From the IMG/VR virus record IMGVR_UViG_3300033064_001806, positions 46,364 to 110,363 of that record: a DNA stretch of 64,000 bases. The stretch is one strand, 5' to 3'. The DNA comes from a virus. Positions 9,542 through 18,362 of the stretch are shown here, piece after piece. The translations under genes and the position numbers were made by a program. Numbering within the stretch: position 1 is the first letter of the stretch; each line of letters starts with the position of its first letter. The notes below the pieces were generated by a model that was not told the origin of the DNA, searched no databases, and saw nothing but the letters and a program-made list of their open reading frames with translations.

Positions 9542-10883
9542 TTTATCCCAATACGGTCAAACGTTTCAAACAAAAGTAATTATTTCACTATTGAAAGATA
9601 GAGAATTCTTACAACAAGTGTCAGACCTTATAGATCCAACTTATTTTGAATCACAGGCAAACTCTTGGTTAGTTGAGAAGATTATTTCTTATTATGAGAA
9701 ATATAAAAGCCCACCAACATCAGATGTATTCAAATCTGAATTACTAGTGGTAGAAGATAAAATATTGAAAACAACGGTAGTTGATGCACTTAAACAAGTA
9801 AAAAAGTACACAGACAATTCAGATGATGAGTATGTTAAAAATACTGTACTTGAATTTTGTAAAAATCAAAAGATGAAAATAGCGATATTAGAATCAGTTG
9901 ATTTGTTAAGAAGTGGTAAGTATGATTTGATTAAAAAGAAAATTGATAATGCACTTAAAGCAGGAGCGGATAAAGATATTGGACATGAATATAAAATTGA
10001 TGTAATATCTCGCTATGCAGAAGGTGCGAGAGTGTGTGTTCCAACTGGTTGGAATATTATAAATGACATTATGTCAGGTGGGTTAGCAGAAGGAGAACTT
10101 GGTGTACTAGTTGCACCAGCAGGTGGTGGTAAGTCATGGGGCTTAGTGAGTGTTGCTGCAAATGCAGTTAAAGCAGGTAAACGTGTTATTTATTATACAC
10201 TTGAATTGAATCAACATTATGTTGCAAGAAGATTCGATGCTTACTTCACAAAGATTGCTTTTCAAAACTTAGGCGAAGAACACGCACAAGAAAAAATTAA
10301 ATCGGCAATGGAGAACTTAAAAGGTGAATTGATTGTTAAATATTATCCAACAAAAACTCCATCGATTAACACACTCACTTCACATATCGAGAAATGTATT
10401 AGTCAAGGCAAACCACCCGATTTGATTATTGTTGATTACGCAGACTTGATTAAACCCGCAAAAGCAGGTGATAAGAGATTAGAGTTAAACGATATTTACG
10501 AAGACCTTAGAGGAATTGCAGGTTTATATCAACTTCCAATTTGGACTGCTTCACAAGCAAATCGTTCTTCATTGGAAGACGATGTTATCGAAGGTGGTAA
10601 GGTTTCAGAATCATATAATAAAATGATGATTGCTGACTTTGTAATGTCACTATCAAGGAAGTTAGATGACAAAGTTGGTGGCACAGGTAGATGGCATATT
10701 ATTAAAAATAGGTTTGGTCCAGATGGCATGACGTTTCCAAGTAAGGTAAACACAATGACTGGCCATATAGAAATATACGAACCTAACTCCGATATGGGTA
10801 AAACTGTAACGGTTACTATGAAAGGTGAAAAGAATGTAAAGAAAGCACTTTCACAGAAATTCAAAGAATTAGAAGGATTCTAA
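9531..10883 (+). CDS. replicative DnaB-like helicase (gp41-like)
   Basis: Walker A 'APAGGGKS', 'YTLE', 'IVDYAD', 'TASQANR', 'KNRFG'. Confidence 0.92.
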   Translation: MQDNLSQYGQTFQTKVIISLLKDREFLQQVSDLIDPTYFESQANSWLVEKIISYYEKYKSPPTSDVFKSELLVVEDKILKTTVVDALKQVKKYTDNSDDEYVKNTVLEFCKNQKMKIAILESVDLLRSGKYDLIKKKIDNALKAGADKDIGHEYKIDVISRYAEGARVCVPTGWNIINDIMSGGLAEGELGVLVAPAGGGKSWGLVSVAANAVKAGKRVIYYTLELNQHYVARRFDAYFTKIAFQNLGEEHAQEKIKSAMENLKGELIVKYYPTKTPSINTLTSHIEKCISQGKPPDLIIVDYADLIKPAKAGDKRLELNDIYEDLRGIAGLYQLPIWTASQANRSSLEDDVIEGGKVSESYNKMMIADFVMSLSRKLDDKVGGTGRWHIIKNRFGPDGMTFPSKVNTMTGHIEIYEPNSDMGKTVTVTMKGEKNVKKALSQKFKELEGF

Positions 10884-10985
10884 TACTTATACAATGCTAT
10901 GTTATAAAGCAGAATTACCTAATTTTGAGTGGTGGGACGGTGAAAAATGGGTTATGAAATAATTTTATTAAAACCCAATTTTTTT

Positions 10986-11023
10986 AATCAAAACCATATA
11001 CTTATTCGTATATGGTTTTGATT
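10986..11023. repeat. perfect 16-bp inverted repeat upstream of RNR
   Basis: AATCAAAACCATATAC-ttattc-GTATATGGTTTTGATT. Confidence 0.85.
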
Positions 11024-11070
11024 TTTATAATAAAAATGACGTTTTCAATAAAAAAATGATGGAGAAATAA

Positions 11071-12924
11071 ATGAATATTAGCAATAGAATTCTTTCTGAG
11101 ATAACAGTATATATGAAATATGCTCGTTACTTACCAGAAGTAAATAGAAGAGAAACTTGGACGGAGTTAGTAACAAGAAACAAAGAAATGCACCAACGTA
11201 AATACCCTAAACTAGTAGATGAAATTGAAAATGTCTATAAGTTTGTTTATGATAAAAAAGTACTTCCATCTATGCGTTCTTTACAATTTGGTGGTAAGCC
11301 CATTGAAATTTCACCAAATAGAATTTACAACTGTGCGTATTTACCAATTGATGATTGGCGCGCATTTGCTGAAGTAATGTTTCTTTTACTTGGCGGTACA
11401 GGTGTAGGTTATTCAGTTCAAAAGCACCATGTAGAACAACTTCCTCCTATTCATAAACCAAAATCTAAAGAACGTCGTTATCTTATTGGTGATTCAATTG
11501 AAGGTTGGGCTGATGCGATAAAGGCACTTCTAAAGTCTTATTTCACAGGCGGTTCATCTATTCGCTTTGATTATTCAGATATTCGTCAGAAAGGTGCTCG
11601 TTTAATTACAAGTGGTGGTAAAGCACCTGGTCCTGAACCACTTAAAATTTGTATTGAAAAAATTCGTGCTATTCTTGATTTGAAAGGCGATGGTGAACAA
11701 CTCTCACCAATTGAAGTACATGATATAGTTTGCCATATTGCAGACGCAGTTCTTGCAGGTGGTATTCGTCGTGCTGCTCTCATTTCTCTTTTCTCCGCAG
11801 ATGATGACGATATGATTTCGTGTAAGTTTGGAAACTGGTGGGAATTAGATCCACAACGTGGTAGAGCAAATAATTCTGCCGTTCTTCTTCGTAGTAAAGT
11901 ATCTGAAGAATTCTTCAAATCACTTTGGAAGAAAATAGAATTATCTAATGCAGGTGAACCTGGTATTTATCTTTCAAACGATAAAGATTGGGGCACGAAC
12001 CCCTGTTGTGAAATTGCACTTCGTCCTTTCCAATTTTGTAACCTTTGTGAAGTAAATGTATCAGATGTTGTTGACCAAGAAGATTTAGAAGCAAGAGTAC
12101 GTGCTGCTACATTCATTGGTACACTTCAAGCGGGTTATACAGACTTCCATTATCTTCGCCCTATTTGGCAAAGAACTACCGAGAAAGACGCATTACTTGG
12201 AATTGGTATGACAGGTATTGGTTCTGGTAAAGTAACGAAACTGGATTTGAAAGCAGCCGCTAAAGTATCAAGAGAGGAAAATGAAAGAGTTGCTTCCATA
12301 CTTGATATTAATAAATCTGCTCGTACAACAACAATTAAACCAGCAGGTACATCATCTTTAACTCTTGGGTGTTCATCTGGTATTCATGCATGGCACAATG
12401 ATTTTTATTTACGTAGAGTGCGTGTTGGAAAGAATGAAGCAATTTATTCTTATCTTGCAATCAATCATCCAGAGTTGGTTGAGGATGAATACTTCAGACC
12501 ACATGATACTGCTGTGATTGGTGTTCCACAAAAGGCACCAGAGGGGTCGATTCTTCGTAGTGAATCACCATTGCAATTATTAGAAAGAGTAAAATTGTTT
12601 AATCAACAATGGATAAAACCAGGACATAGAACTGGTATGAACACTCATAATATTTCCGCAACAGTTAGTATCAGAGAAAATGAATGGCCTGCGGTAGGTC
12701 AATGGCTTTGGGATAATCGGGAACATTACAATGGACTTTCTGTATTGCCACATGACGGAGGATCTTATATCCAGAGCCCATTTCAGGATATTACAAAAGA
12801 AGAATACGAACGATTGATGGAAACACTACACGATGTTGATTTATCAAAGATTGTAGAAATGGATGATAATACTGATTTGTCTAATGAATTAGCTTGTGCA
12901 GGTGGTGCATGTGAGATAAAATAA
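11071..12924 (+). CDS. nrdJ: class II adenosylcobalamin-dependent ribonucleotide reductase (monomeric RTPR type)
   Basis: 'YNCA', 'GTGVG', 'GGIRRAA', catalytic 'TNPCCEI', 'TIKPAGT', C-terminal 'ACAGGACEI'; no adjacent beta subunit. Confidence 0.88.
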   Translation: MNISNRILSEITVYMKYARYLPEVNRRETWTELVTRNKEMHQRKYPKLVDEIENVYKFVYDKKVLPSMRSLQFGGKPIEISPNRIYNCAYLPIDDWRAFAEVMFLLLGGTGVGYSVQKHHVEQLPPIHKPKSKERRYLIGDSIEGWADAIKALLKSYFTGGSSIRFDYSDIRQKGARLITSGGKAPGPEPLKICIEKIRAILDLKGDGEQLSPIEVHDIVCHIADAVLAGGIRRAALISLFSADDDDMISCKFGNWWELDPQRGRANNSAVLLRSKVSEEFFKSLWKKIELSNAGEPGIYLSNDKDWGTNPCCEIALRPFQFCNLCEVNVSDVVDQEDLEARVRAATFIGTLQAGYTDFHYLRPIWQRTTEKDALLGIGMTGIGSGKVTKLDLKAAAKVSREENERVASILDINKSARTTTIKPAGTSSLTLGCSSGIHAWHNDFYLRRVRVGKNEAIYSYLAINHPELVEDEYFRPHDTAVIGVPQKAPEGSILRSESPLQLLERVKLFNQQWIKPGHRTGMNTHNISATVSIRENEWPAVGQWLWDNREHYNGLSVLPHDGGSYIQSPFQDITKEEYERLMETLHDVDLSKIVEMDDNTDLSNELACAGGACEIK

Positions 12925-12966
12925 TTTTATATAGTTATTGTATATGTAAACATCACAGTAATTAAT

Positions 12967-13338
12967 ATGGAGAATATAGTGAGAGATTTAGTTAATGAAG
13001 GCAGAGAACTGCAAAATAGAGTAACAAGTAAATTTTCAAAGATGGTAAAAGAAGCCGCTCAAGAAGAAGTTTCTTCACCAATAAGAAATCTTGTGAATAA
13101 AATGGAAAAATTTACAGATAATAATCAACATACCGATACATTGAGTGAATTGGCAAAACATTTAAAATCAAAAAAACATCAACTTTTGTTGCAAGCAATT
13201 GATGATATTCATGAAGTAGAAGGTTCTCTACCAAGTGAAATTAGTAAATATAGAGATCGTATATACAATGAATTGACAGCACTCGCTAAAAAAAGTATGA
13301 ATGCTAAAGAGTATTCTGCTATTATGGGTTCGATGTAA
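12967..13338 (+). CDS. hypothetical helical protein, paralog of 14216..14569
   Basis: Shared 'ELAK....KK.Q..L.A...I...E' pattern; start may be GTG 12979 (MRDLVNE). Confidence 0.6.
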   Translation: MENIVRDLVNEGRELQNRVTSKFSKMVKEAAQEEVSSPIRNLVNKMEKFTDNNQHTDTLSELAKHLKSKKHQLLLQAIDDIHEVEGSLPSEISKYRDRIYNELTALAKKSMNAKEYSAIMGSM

Positions 13339-13390
13339 ATTAAATAGTTAAAGGTGTTATAGTTCTTTGGAATAATGAAGGAGTATAGTT

Positions 13391-13663
13391 ATGGATATTA
13401 CATCATTTTTTATGGGTATATGTGCAGTTACAGTTTTAACGGCAGTTGCAGTTGTAGTTGTGGGTATGTTCAGAATTAGTAAATTAAACAAAGAACTAAA
13501 TAATTTAGTTAGAAACCAAGATACGATGGATAGAATTATTGTTGATAATGAAAGAGAAATCAGAAGAACAATAGATTCCAGAATTGACAGTTTCGGTTCA
13601 AAGATTGAAAAAGAAATAAAATTCATACATGAAAGAATTGATGGATTGAATAAAGTAAAATAA
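13391..13663 (+). CDS. small membrane protein with N-terminal TM helix and coiled coil
   Basis: 'FFMGICAVTVLTAVAVVVVGMF'; AGGAG RBS; flanked by a 13-bp inverted repeat. Confidence 0.7.
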   Translation: MDITSFFMGICAVTVLTAVAVVVVGMFRISKLNKELNNLVRNQDTMDRIIVDNEREIRRTIDSRIDSFGSKIEKEIKFIHERIDGLNKVK

Positions 13664-13729
13664 ATAATAATTTTTAAAATGAATTCATAGAACTATAACA
13701 CACATTTTTTATAAGTTAGGAGACTTGTT

Positions 13730-13909
13730 ATGAATAAACAAGAATTATTTGAACAGATTTCAAATTTGTTCAATGAGTTTGTGGCAGCACACAACTCAAC
13801 AAAAAAGAAAGACGCTGCAATTGCTCGTAAAGCAGCAGGTGGAATTAAGAAATTAGTTACACCTTATAACCAAGCGTCTGTGACGGAAGCTAAGGTAGCA
13901 AAGCAATAA
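13730..13909 (+). CDS. histone H1-like (Hc1-family) small basic protein; not in the ORF track
   Basis: MNKQELFEQISNLFNEFVAAHNSTKKKDAAIARKAAGGIKKLVTPYNQASVTEAKVAKQ; AGGAG RBS; 'K.AA..ARKA...IKK' pattern. Confidence 0.65.
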   Translation: MNKQELFEQISNLFNEFVAAHNSTKKKDAAIARKAAGGIKKLVTPYNQASVTEAKVAKQ

Positions 13910-13940
13910 AAAAGGGTGATGGAAACATCACCCTTTTTTA
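13908..13940 (+). terminator. intrinsic terminator (GAAA tetraloop)
   Basis: AAGGGTGATG-gaaa-CATCACCCTT followed by T-run. Confidence 0.85.
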
Positions 13941-14006
13941 TTTATCCCATATTTATATTTACAATAGTATTTTTCACATCAAGGCAAATATAAATGGGAT
14001 GGCGTA

Positions 14007-14213
14007 ATGTCAGTAAAAAAACCAAGAGAATACAGAAGTGTATTGGCAAAAATATGTTTAGTACTTGGGACATTCTTCAATCCTCTTGGATTCGATGCGG
14101 CTTTTGCTTTAATGATGAAATTTACAGGGAGCTACATACTTACCGATATTATATTTTATTCGGTAGCTCTATTATTTTTTGGACTTTATTTTATCTTATC
14201 TCGTAGGAGTTAA
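14007..14213 (+). CDS. small two-TM membrane protein
   Basis: 'LVLGTFFNPLGFDAAF...IFYSVALLFFGLYF'. Confidence 0.6.
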   Translation: MSVKKPREYRSVLAKICLVLGTFFNPLGFDAAFALMMKFTGSYILTDIIFYSVALLFFGLYFILSRRS

Positions 14214-14215
14214 AA

Positions 14216-14569
14216 ATGAACATATCATCAAGAAAACAACTGTTAGCAGAAGCAGGTGATGTATTAAAAAAGATTCGTGAAGAAGTTGAAGGCCTCGATA
14301 AAAAAGTAGAAACTTCTGTTAAAAAAATAATTAAGTTCTGTGAAGAAGATAAAGACATGGTATCAGGACTTCTTGAACTTGCAAAATTAGTTGGTGATAA
14401 AAAATACCAAAAAGTATTAGAAGCGGTAAAAGAAATTGTAAAAGCAGAAGAAGGCTCACACTATTTCATCGATCAATATATAACAGAAATTAAAAGTATA
14501 TTATTATCTGCTGCAAAAGAACAATTTAGCTCACAAGAGTTTGGTGTAATATATTCTGCAATCGGCTAA
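14216..14569 (+). CDS. hypothetical helical protein, paralog of 12967..13338
   Basis: Aligns by eye with 12967 ORF; N-terminal 'RKQLLAE'. Confidence 0.6.
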   Translation: MNISSRKQLLAEAGDVLKKIREEVEGLDKKVETSVKKIIKFCEEDKDMVSGLLELAKLVGDKKYQKVLEAVKEIVKAEEGSHYFIDQYITEIKSILLSAAKEQFSSQEFGVIYSAIG

Positions 14570-14592
14570 TTCAAATTCAATTATAGGTAGTT

Positions 14593-17292
14593 ATGAGAAG
14601 AAACATTACATACTTAAATGGTGTTACTGTTCAACAAGAAGATTTAGTACAAGATAAAAATGGTGCTATTATTTGGAATGGGATTGAATACGGTAATCCT
14701 GTTTTCTCTGGTATGCAAGCACTCAATGGAAATGGAGATATTGTAGATGTTTATAATATAACTTTATCTTTCTGTGAAAATACAAGATGGAAAGAAGTTG
14801 ATAGAGAATTTACCAAAGATGTTTTGAAATATAGACCAGTTGGATTTTATAAATATAGATTAAAATTTACATACGATAGAGAAACTGCAAGAATACGCGG
14901 CACTTCTCAAAATGTAATAGTTGAAGATTTCACAAAAGAAACTTCAAAAATATATAAAATCATGATAATAGATAACTATCGTCAATTACCGTTGGAAGAA
15001 GGAGTTCATTATACTATTGCACCAAATGGTTATGTTTGGTTTTTAGGTACTTGGCCATATCCTGAATTGAAAATAATGATTGATTGGCTTGATACCACTA
15101 CAAACGAAACAAAGACCACAGAATATATAACCAATACGATAATAGATAATGGTTATAGTGGAGCAGCAGAAAAAAGAAGTAATGTGTTTACTATTACACA
15201 AAGTGGACAATCCGTTCTGTTTAGTGAGAACTTAAATTTTGTTGCAAGTCTTTATTCAACTCCTGGTATAAATTCAATAATTGCATCCAATCCACTTGGT
15301 ATGTGGAGAGAACCACTTATATACACTATAAATGGTGGTGAGTGTTATGTGGAAGTGGGTATTGATGGTTCATTAAAATATTTAGATTCCAATAAAATAG
15401 AAACAACAGCAGAAGAAATACGGAAAAAAAGTTTATATCGTAATCCATTTGGCACTGGATTAGATTTAACACACAAGAGTGTAAGGGAATTTGAAACTGG
15501 TGAAAACATTTCTGGTAAACCTGCAATTGGCTTATTTCAGATAGTAGAGCCGTACATTCCAGGATTAAATTTTAATATTAAAAACAAGAATTTAGCAGCA
15601 ACATCTGGCATAAGAACAGTTGATGTACAACCAAAAGGTCTTGCTTTCAGAACATATTTTCCAATACCAGTAAATACACCAGACGCACCACTTCAAGTTG
15701 GTATGAGAATGTTCGTAGATAATAGAAGGATAGAAGCTGTTCCATATAGAAGGTGCTTTGAAGGACTTAGAACTGAGTATAGTTTGAATGAAGAATTCAT
15801 TGTTTATTTTGAAAAGGAAGAGCCTTGTTTTTCTGACTCAGCAGGAGCACCTGCAATGCAATTTTCTTCTAGTATTGAATTAGAAGAAGGTGTAGTTATT
15901 GATTGGGAAGGGCAAACAGTCAACAAAGAGTTACCAGATTGTGAATGTTTACGAGTTAGAGTTATAAGAGAACCATATGAAGAGCAAAGAACAGACTGTG
16001 GATGTAGACAAGTAACACGTTCTGACATTTATGAAATTTGTCCAGAATCAACACCACCTGCTATTTATGCTGATTATGAATCAAGAATAAGAACAGATGG
16101 TTCTACTATTTTTACAGTTCCACCAACTGGACTTACTCCGATAGTTTCAAGAGTAGAAAGAATTGAAAAATGTAAAGATAAACCATTGTTTGAAAGAACG
16201 GATTTTACTTACCATAAAATTCCAGATAGTGATATTATAATTGGAAACATACAAAGTGTAATCGGTGGAATGTTTAGTGCAGAAGAATCAGTTGATTGCT
16301 ATGTTACTAATTCAATTCAAACTGGTTCCAATGATTATTATTATAATATTACTGGCTGTAATACGTGTGGTAGTAGTTCTTATTTTACCGTTTCTTACGG
16401 TCATTCCGAAGGTTCTGGCTCAACATATGATTCACAATATGAATATAAATCACCAACAAAAGTAATATACAGTAAGTATAGATTAACGGCACTTGAATCA
16501 CCAGAAACAAATTTTAGTTTTTATTATACAGGAAGTATAGAAACACCAAAGGATATTTATAGTATAAATTTTTATCGTGAATCATACGGTGATAGAATAG
16601 ATCCAGGTAATTTTGAAATATCATTACAAGAACTAAATGGAACTGCTTATCCAAATATGTATTATACTGGTAGTAATGTTCAACCAAGTTCTTCAAATAA
16701 GATTATAAGTTTAGTAGATAATTCAGAATATATAAATGAATCAAATTGCGAAGAAGATCCGTATGCTTCCTATGATTTAGTAAGTGGTTCATTGATTCGT
16801 GGAATTTACAATACAGGTACAGGTAGTATTACTACAAATACACAATACACAACATACGGTAAAGTTTATCCAACCCTTGGTTTAATTGTATTAAATGGTA
16901 ACAGATTGAATGGAGAAGTATCATTCAATAGTGTGAGTGGTAGTAACATAGATGGCGATAATTCATTAAAGATATTTACCGCAATAAGTGGTGCTGCTTC
17001 GCTTGGTTATTCAATAAGAGCTAGAAAAGTAAAAGAACGAGGTGTATCACATTATATAGTTAGAGTACCTGCATCAGAAGCAACCTATACAAATAACCCA
17101 AGTGCCATAAATTCAATTGGTAGATTAAAATACGATTGTATGTCTGAGCAACCAATAACGTATGTTACAACCGTTGGTTTATATAATGATGATAAAGATT
17201 TAATAGCAGTTGCTAAATTTAATAAGCCTATAAAGAAAGAACACGATGATGATTTATTTATAAAAATAAAGATGGCTAAGCAAGATATATAA
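14593..17292 (+). CDS. large virion structural protein (baseplate/tail-associated)
   Basis: 899 aa, beta-rich; C-terminal 'TYVTTVGLYNDDKDLIAVAK' resembles tail-collar/baseplate attachment domains. Confidence 0.55.
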   Translation: MRRNITYLNGVTVQQEDLVQDKNGAIIWNGIEYGNPVFSGMQALNGNGDIVDVYNITLSFCENTRWKEVDREFTKDVLKYRPVGFYKYRLKFTYDRETARIRGTSQNVIVEDFTKETSKIYKIMIIDNYRQLPLEEGVHYTIAPNGYVWFLGTWPYPELKIMIDWLDTTTNETKTTEYITNTIIDNGYSGAAEKRSNVFTITQSGQSVLFSENLNFVASLYSTPGINSIIASNPLGMWREPLIYTINGGECYVEVGIDGSLKYLDSNKIETTAEEIRKKSLYRNPFGTGLDLTHKSVREFETGENISGKPAIGLFQIVEPYIPGLNFNIKNKNLAATSGIRTVDVQPKGLAFRTYFPIPVNTPDAPLQVGMRMFVDNRRIEAVPYRRCFEGLRTEYSLNEEFIVYFEKEEPCFSDSAGAPAMQFSSSIELEEGVVIDWEGQTVNKELPDCECLRVRVIREPYEEQRTDCGCRQVTRSDIYEICPESTPPAIYADYESRIRTDGSTIFTVPPTGLTPIVSRVERIEKCKDKPLFERTDFTYHKIPDSDIIIGNIQSVIGGMFSAEESVDCYVTNSIQTGSNDYYYNITGCNTCGSSSYFTVSYGHSEGSGSTYDSQYEYKSPTKVIYSKYRLTALESPETNFSFYYTGSIETPKDIYSINFYRESYGDRIDPGNFEISLQELNGTAYPNMYYTGSNVQPSSSNKIISLVDNSEYINESNCEEDPYASYDLVSGSLIRGIYNTGTGSITTNTQYTTYGKVYPTLGLIVLNGNRLNGEVSFNSVSGSNIDGDNSLKIFTAISGAASLGYSIRARKVKERGVSHYIVRVPASEATYTNNPSAINSIGRLKYDCMSEQPITYVTTVGLYNDDKDLIAVAKFNKPIKKEHDDDLFIKIKMAKQDI

Positions 17293-17313
17293 TGGTATCT
17301 GAAATATTTTTCG

Positions 17314-17321
17314 TATATTTG
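17314..17321 (+). promoter_or_regulatory. Bacteroidota-type -7 promoter element TATATTTG for the thioredoxin/modification operon
   Basis: Intergenic CGTATATTTGTA, followed by the palindrome at 17343-17361. Confidence 0.6.
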
Positions 17322-17395
17322 TATAAATAATAGATTTTCAACCCGTGACAATTTGTCACGGTTTCACTACCATCTATTTTCATTTAAGGACGAAC

Positions 17396-17653
17396 ATGAT
17401 TACCATTAAACATTACACAGCCTCTTGGTGTATGCCATGTAAACAACTTAAACCCATTATGAGTGAAATCTTACTTAAACGTCCAAATGTCAATTATAAA
17501 CTTATTGATGTGGACAATAATCCAGATGAAGCATCGATGCATGGTGTTCGTGGAGTTCCTACTGTAATATTTATGAAAGATGGGGTTGAAGTAAATAGAA
17601 TTATTGGTTTGGTTTCTAAAACAAATTACGAAATGGCAATTGATAATTTATAA
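17396..17653 (+). CDS. thioredoxin
   Basis: 'WCMPCK' CxxC, 'VRGVPT'; ATG 17396 after AAGGA. Confidence 0.92.
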   Translation: MITIKHYTASWCMPCKQLKPIMSEILLKRPNVNYKLIDVDNNPDEASMHGVRGVPTVIFMKDGVEVNRIIGLVSKTNYEMAIDNL

Positions 17654-17662
17654 TGGTGATAT

Positions 17663-18361
17663 ATGACAGTTATAGAAGCGGTTTCTCCCGGTGACGCTTG
17701 GGTAAAAGTTTCTAAGCATTTGTTAGAAAAAGGGGAAAAAGTCGGTGAATTAATTGAAGAATTAAATGTAATGATGGAAATTACTCAATTTGAAAGTGAT
17801 GATTGGTTTGATTCACACTTCAGAGAAATAATGGGTGATGATAGAATTGATTTTGCTTCTTCGGTTACTTTCGTAGAACCTAAACATAAAAAACCAATTA
17901 ACGATTTCTTTCAAGTAGAAGAAGGATTAGAATATCAGTTCATTAAAGACCATTGGCATCAGTCCTATTGGGGAAGAATGATTAGTTGGCAAGGTACGTT
18001 TAATCAAGTTGAAAACGTTATTAAGATTTTGAAACAAGGTAAAGCAGTTAAACGTTGTGAGTTAATTATATTTGACCCATCACGTGATTCACGCAATCCG
18101 TATTCTCAACCTTGTATGTTAATGATTGACTTGAAGCCACGGAATGGTAAGTTGTATTTAACTTCTGTTTTACGTTCCAATAGAGTTTCTAAAAGTGGTT
18201 ACGCTGATTATTCTGCTTTAGTTAGTATGGGTAAGTTTTTAGCAAAAGAAAGTGATTTGGAATTAGGAAAGGTTAGTGTATTAGCATGTTCCTGCCACAT
18301 CGGTAAGATGAACAATGAACTTAAAAAAACAAAAGAATTATTAAACATACTCAATAAATAA
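17663..18361 (+). CDS. atypical thymidylate synthase / dCMP hydroxymethylase-family protein
   Basis: 'SYWGRM', 'NQVENVI', catalytic 'QPC', 'LRSNRVSKSGYAD' (Asp at the E. coli Asn177 position), 'SCHI'. Confidence 0.75.
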   Translation: MTVIEAVSPGDAWVKVSKHLLEKGEKVGELIEELNVMMEITQFESDDWFDSHFREIMGDDRIDFASSVTFVEPKHKKPINDFFQVEEGLEYQFIKDHWHQSYWGRMISWQGTFNQVENVIKILKQGKAVKRCELIIFDPSRDSRNPYSQPCMLMIDLKPRNGKLYLTSVLRSNRVSKSGYADYSALVSMGKFLAKESDLELGKVSVLACSCHIGKMNNELKKTKELLNILNK

Positions 18362-18362
18362 T

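Noticed and set aside
10884-11070. Cobalamin riboswitch or NrdR box upstream of class II RNR
   Set aside because: No B12-box or NrdR consensus recognisable; the region is AT-rich hairpins only
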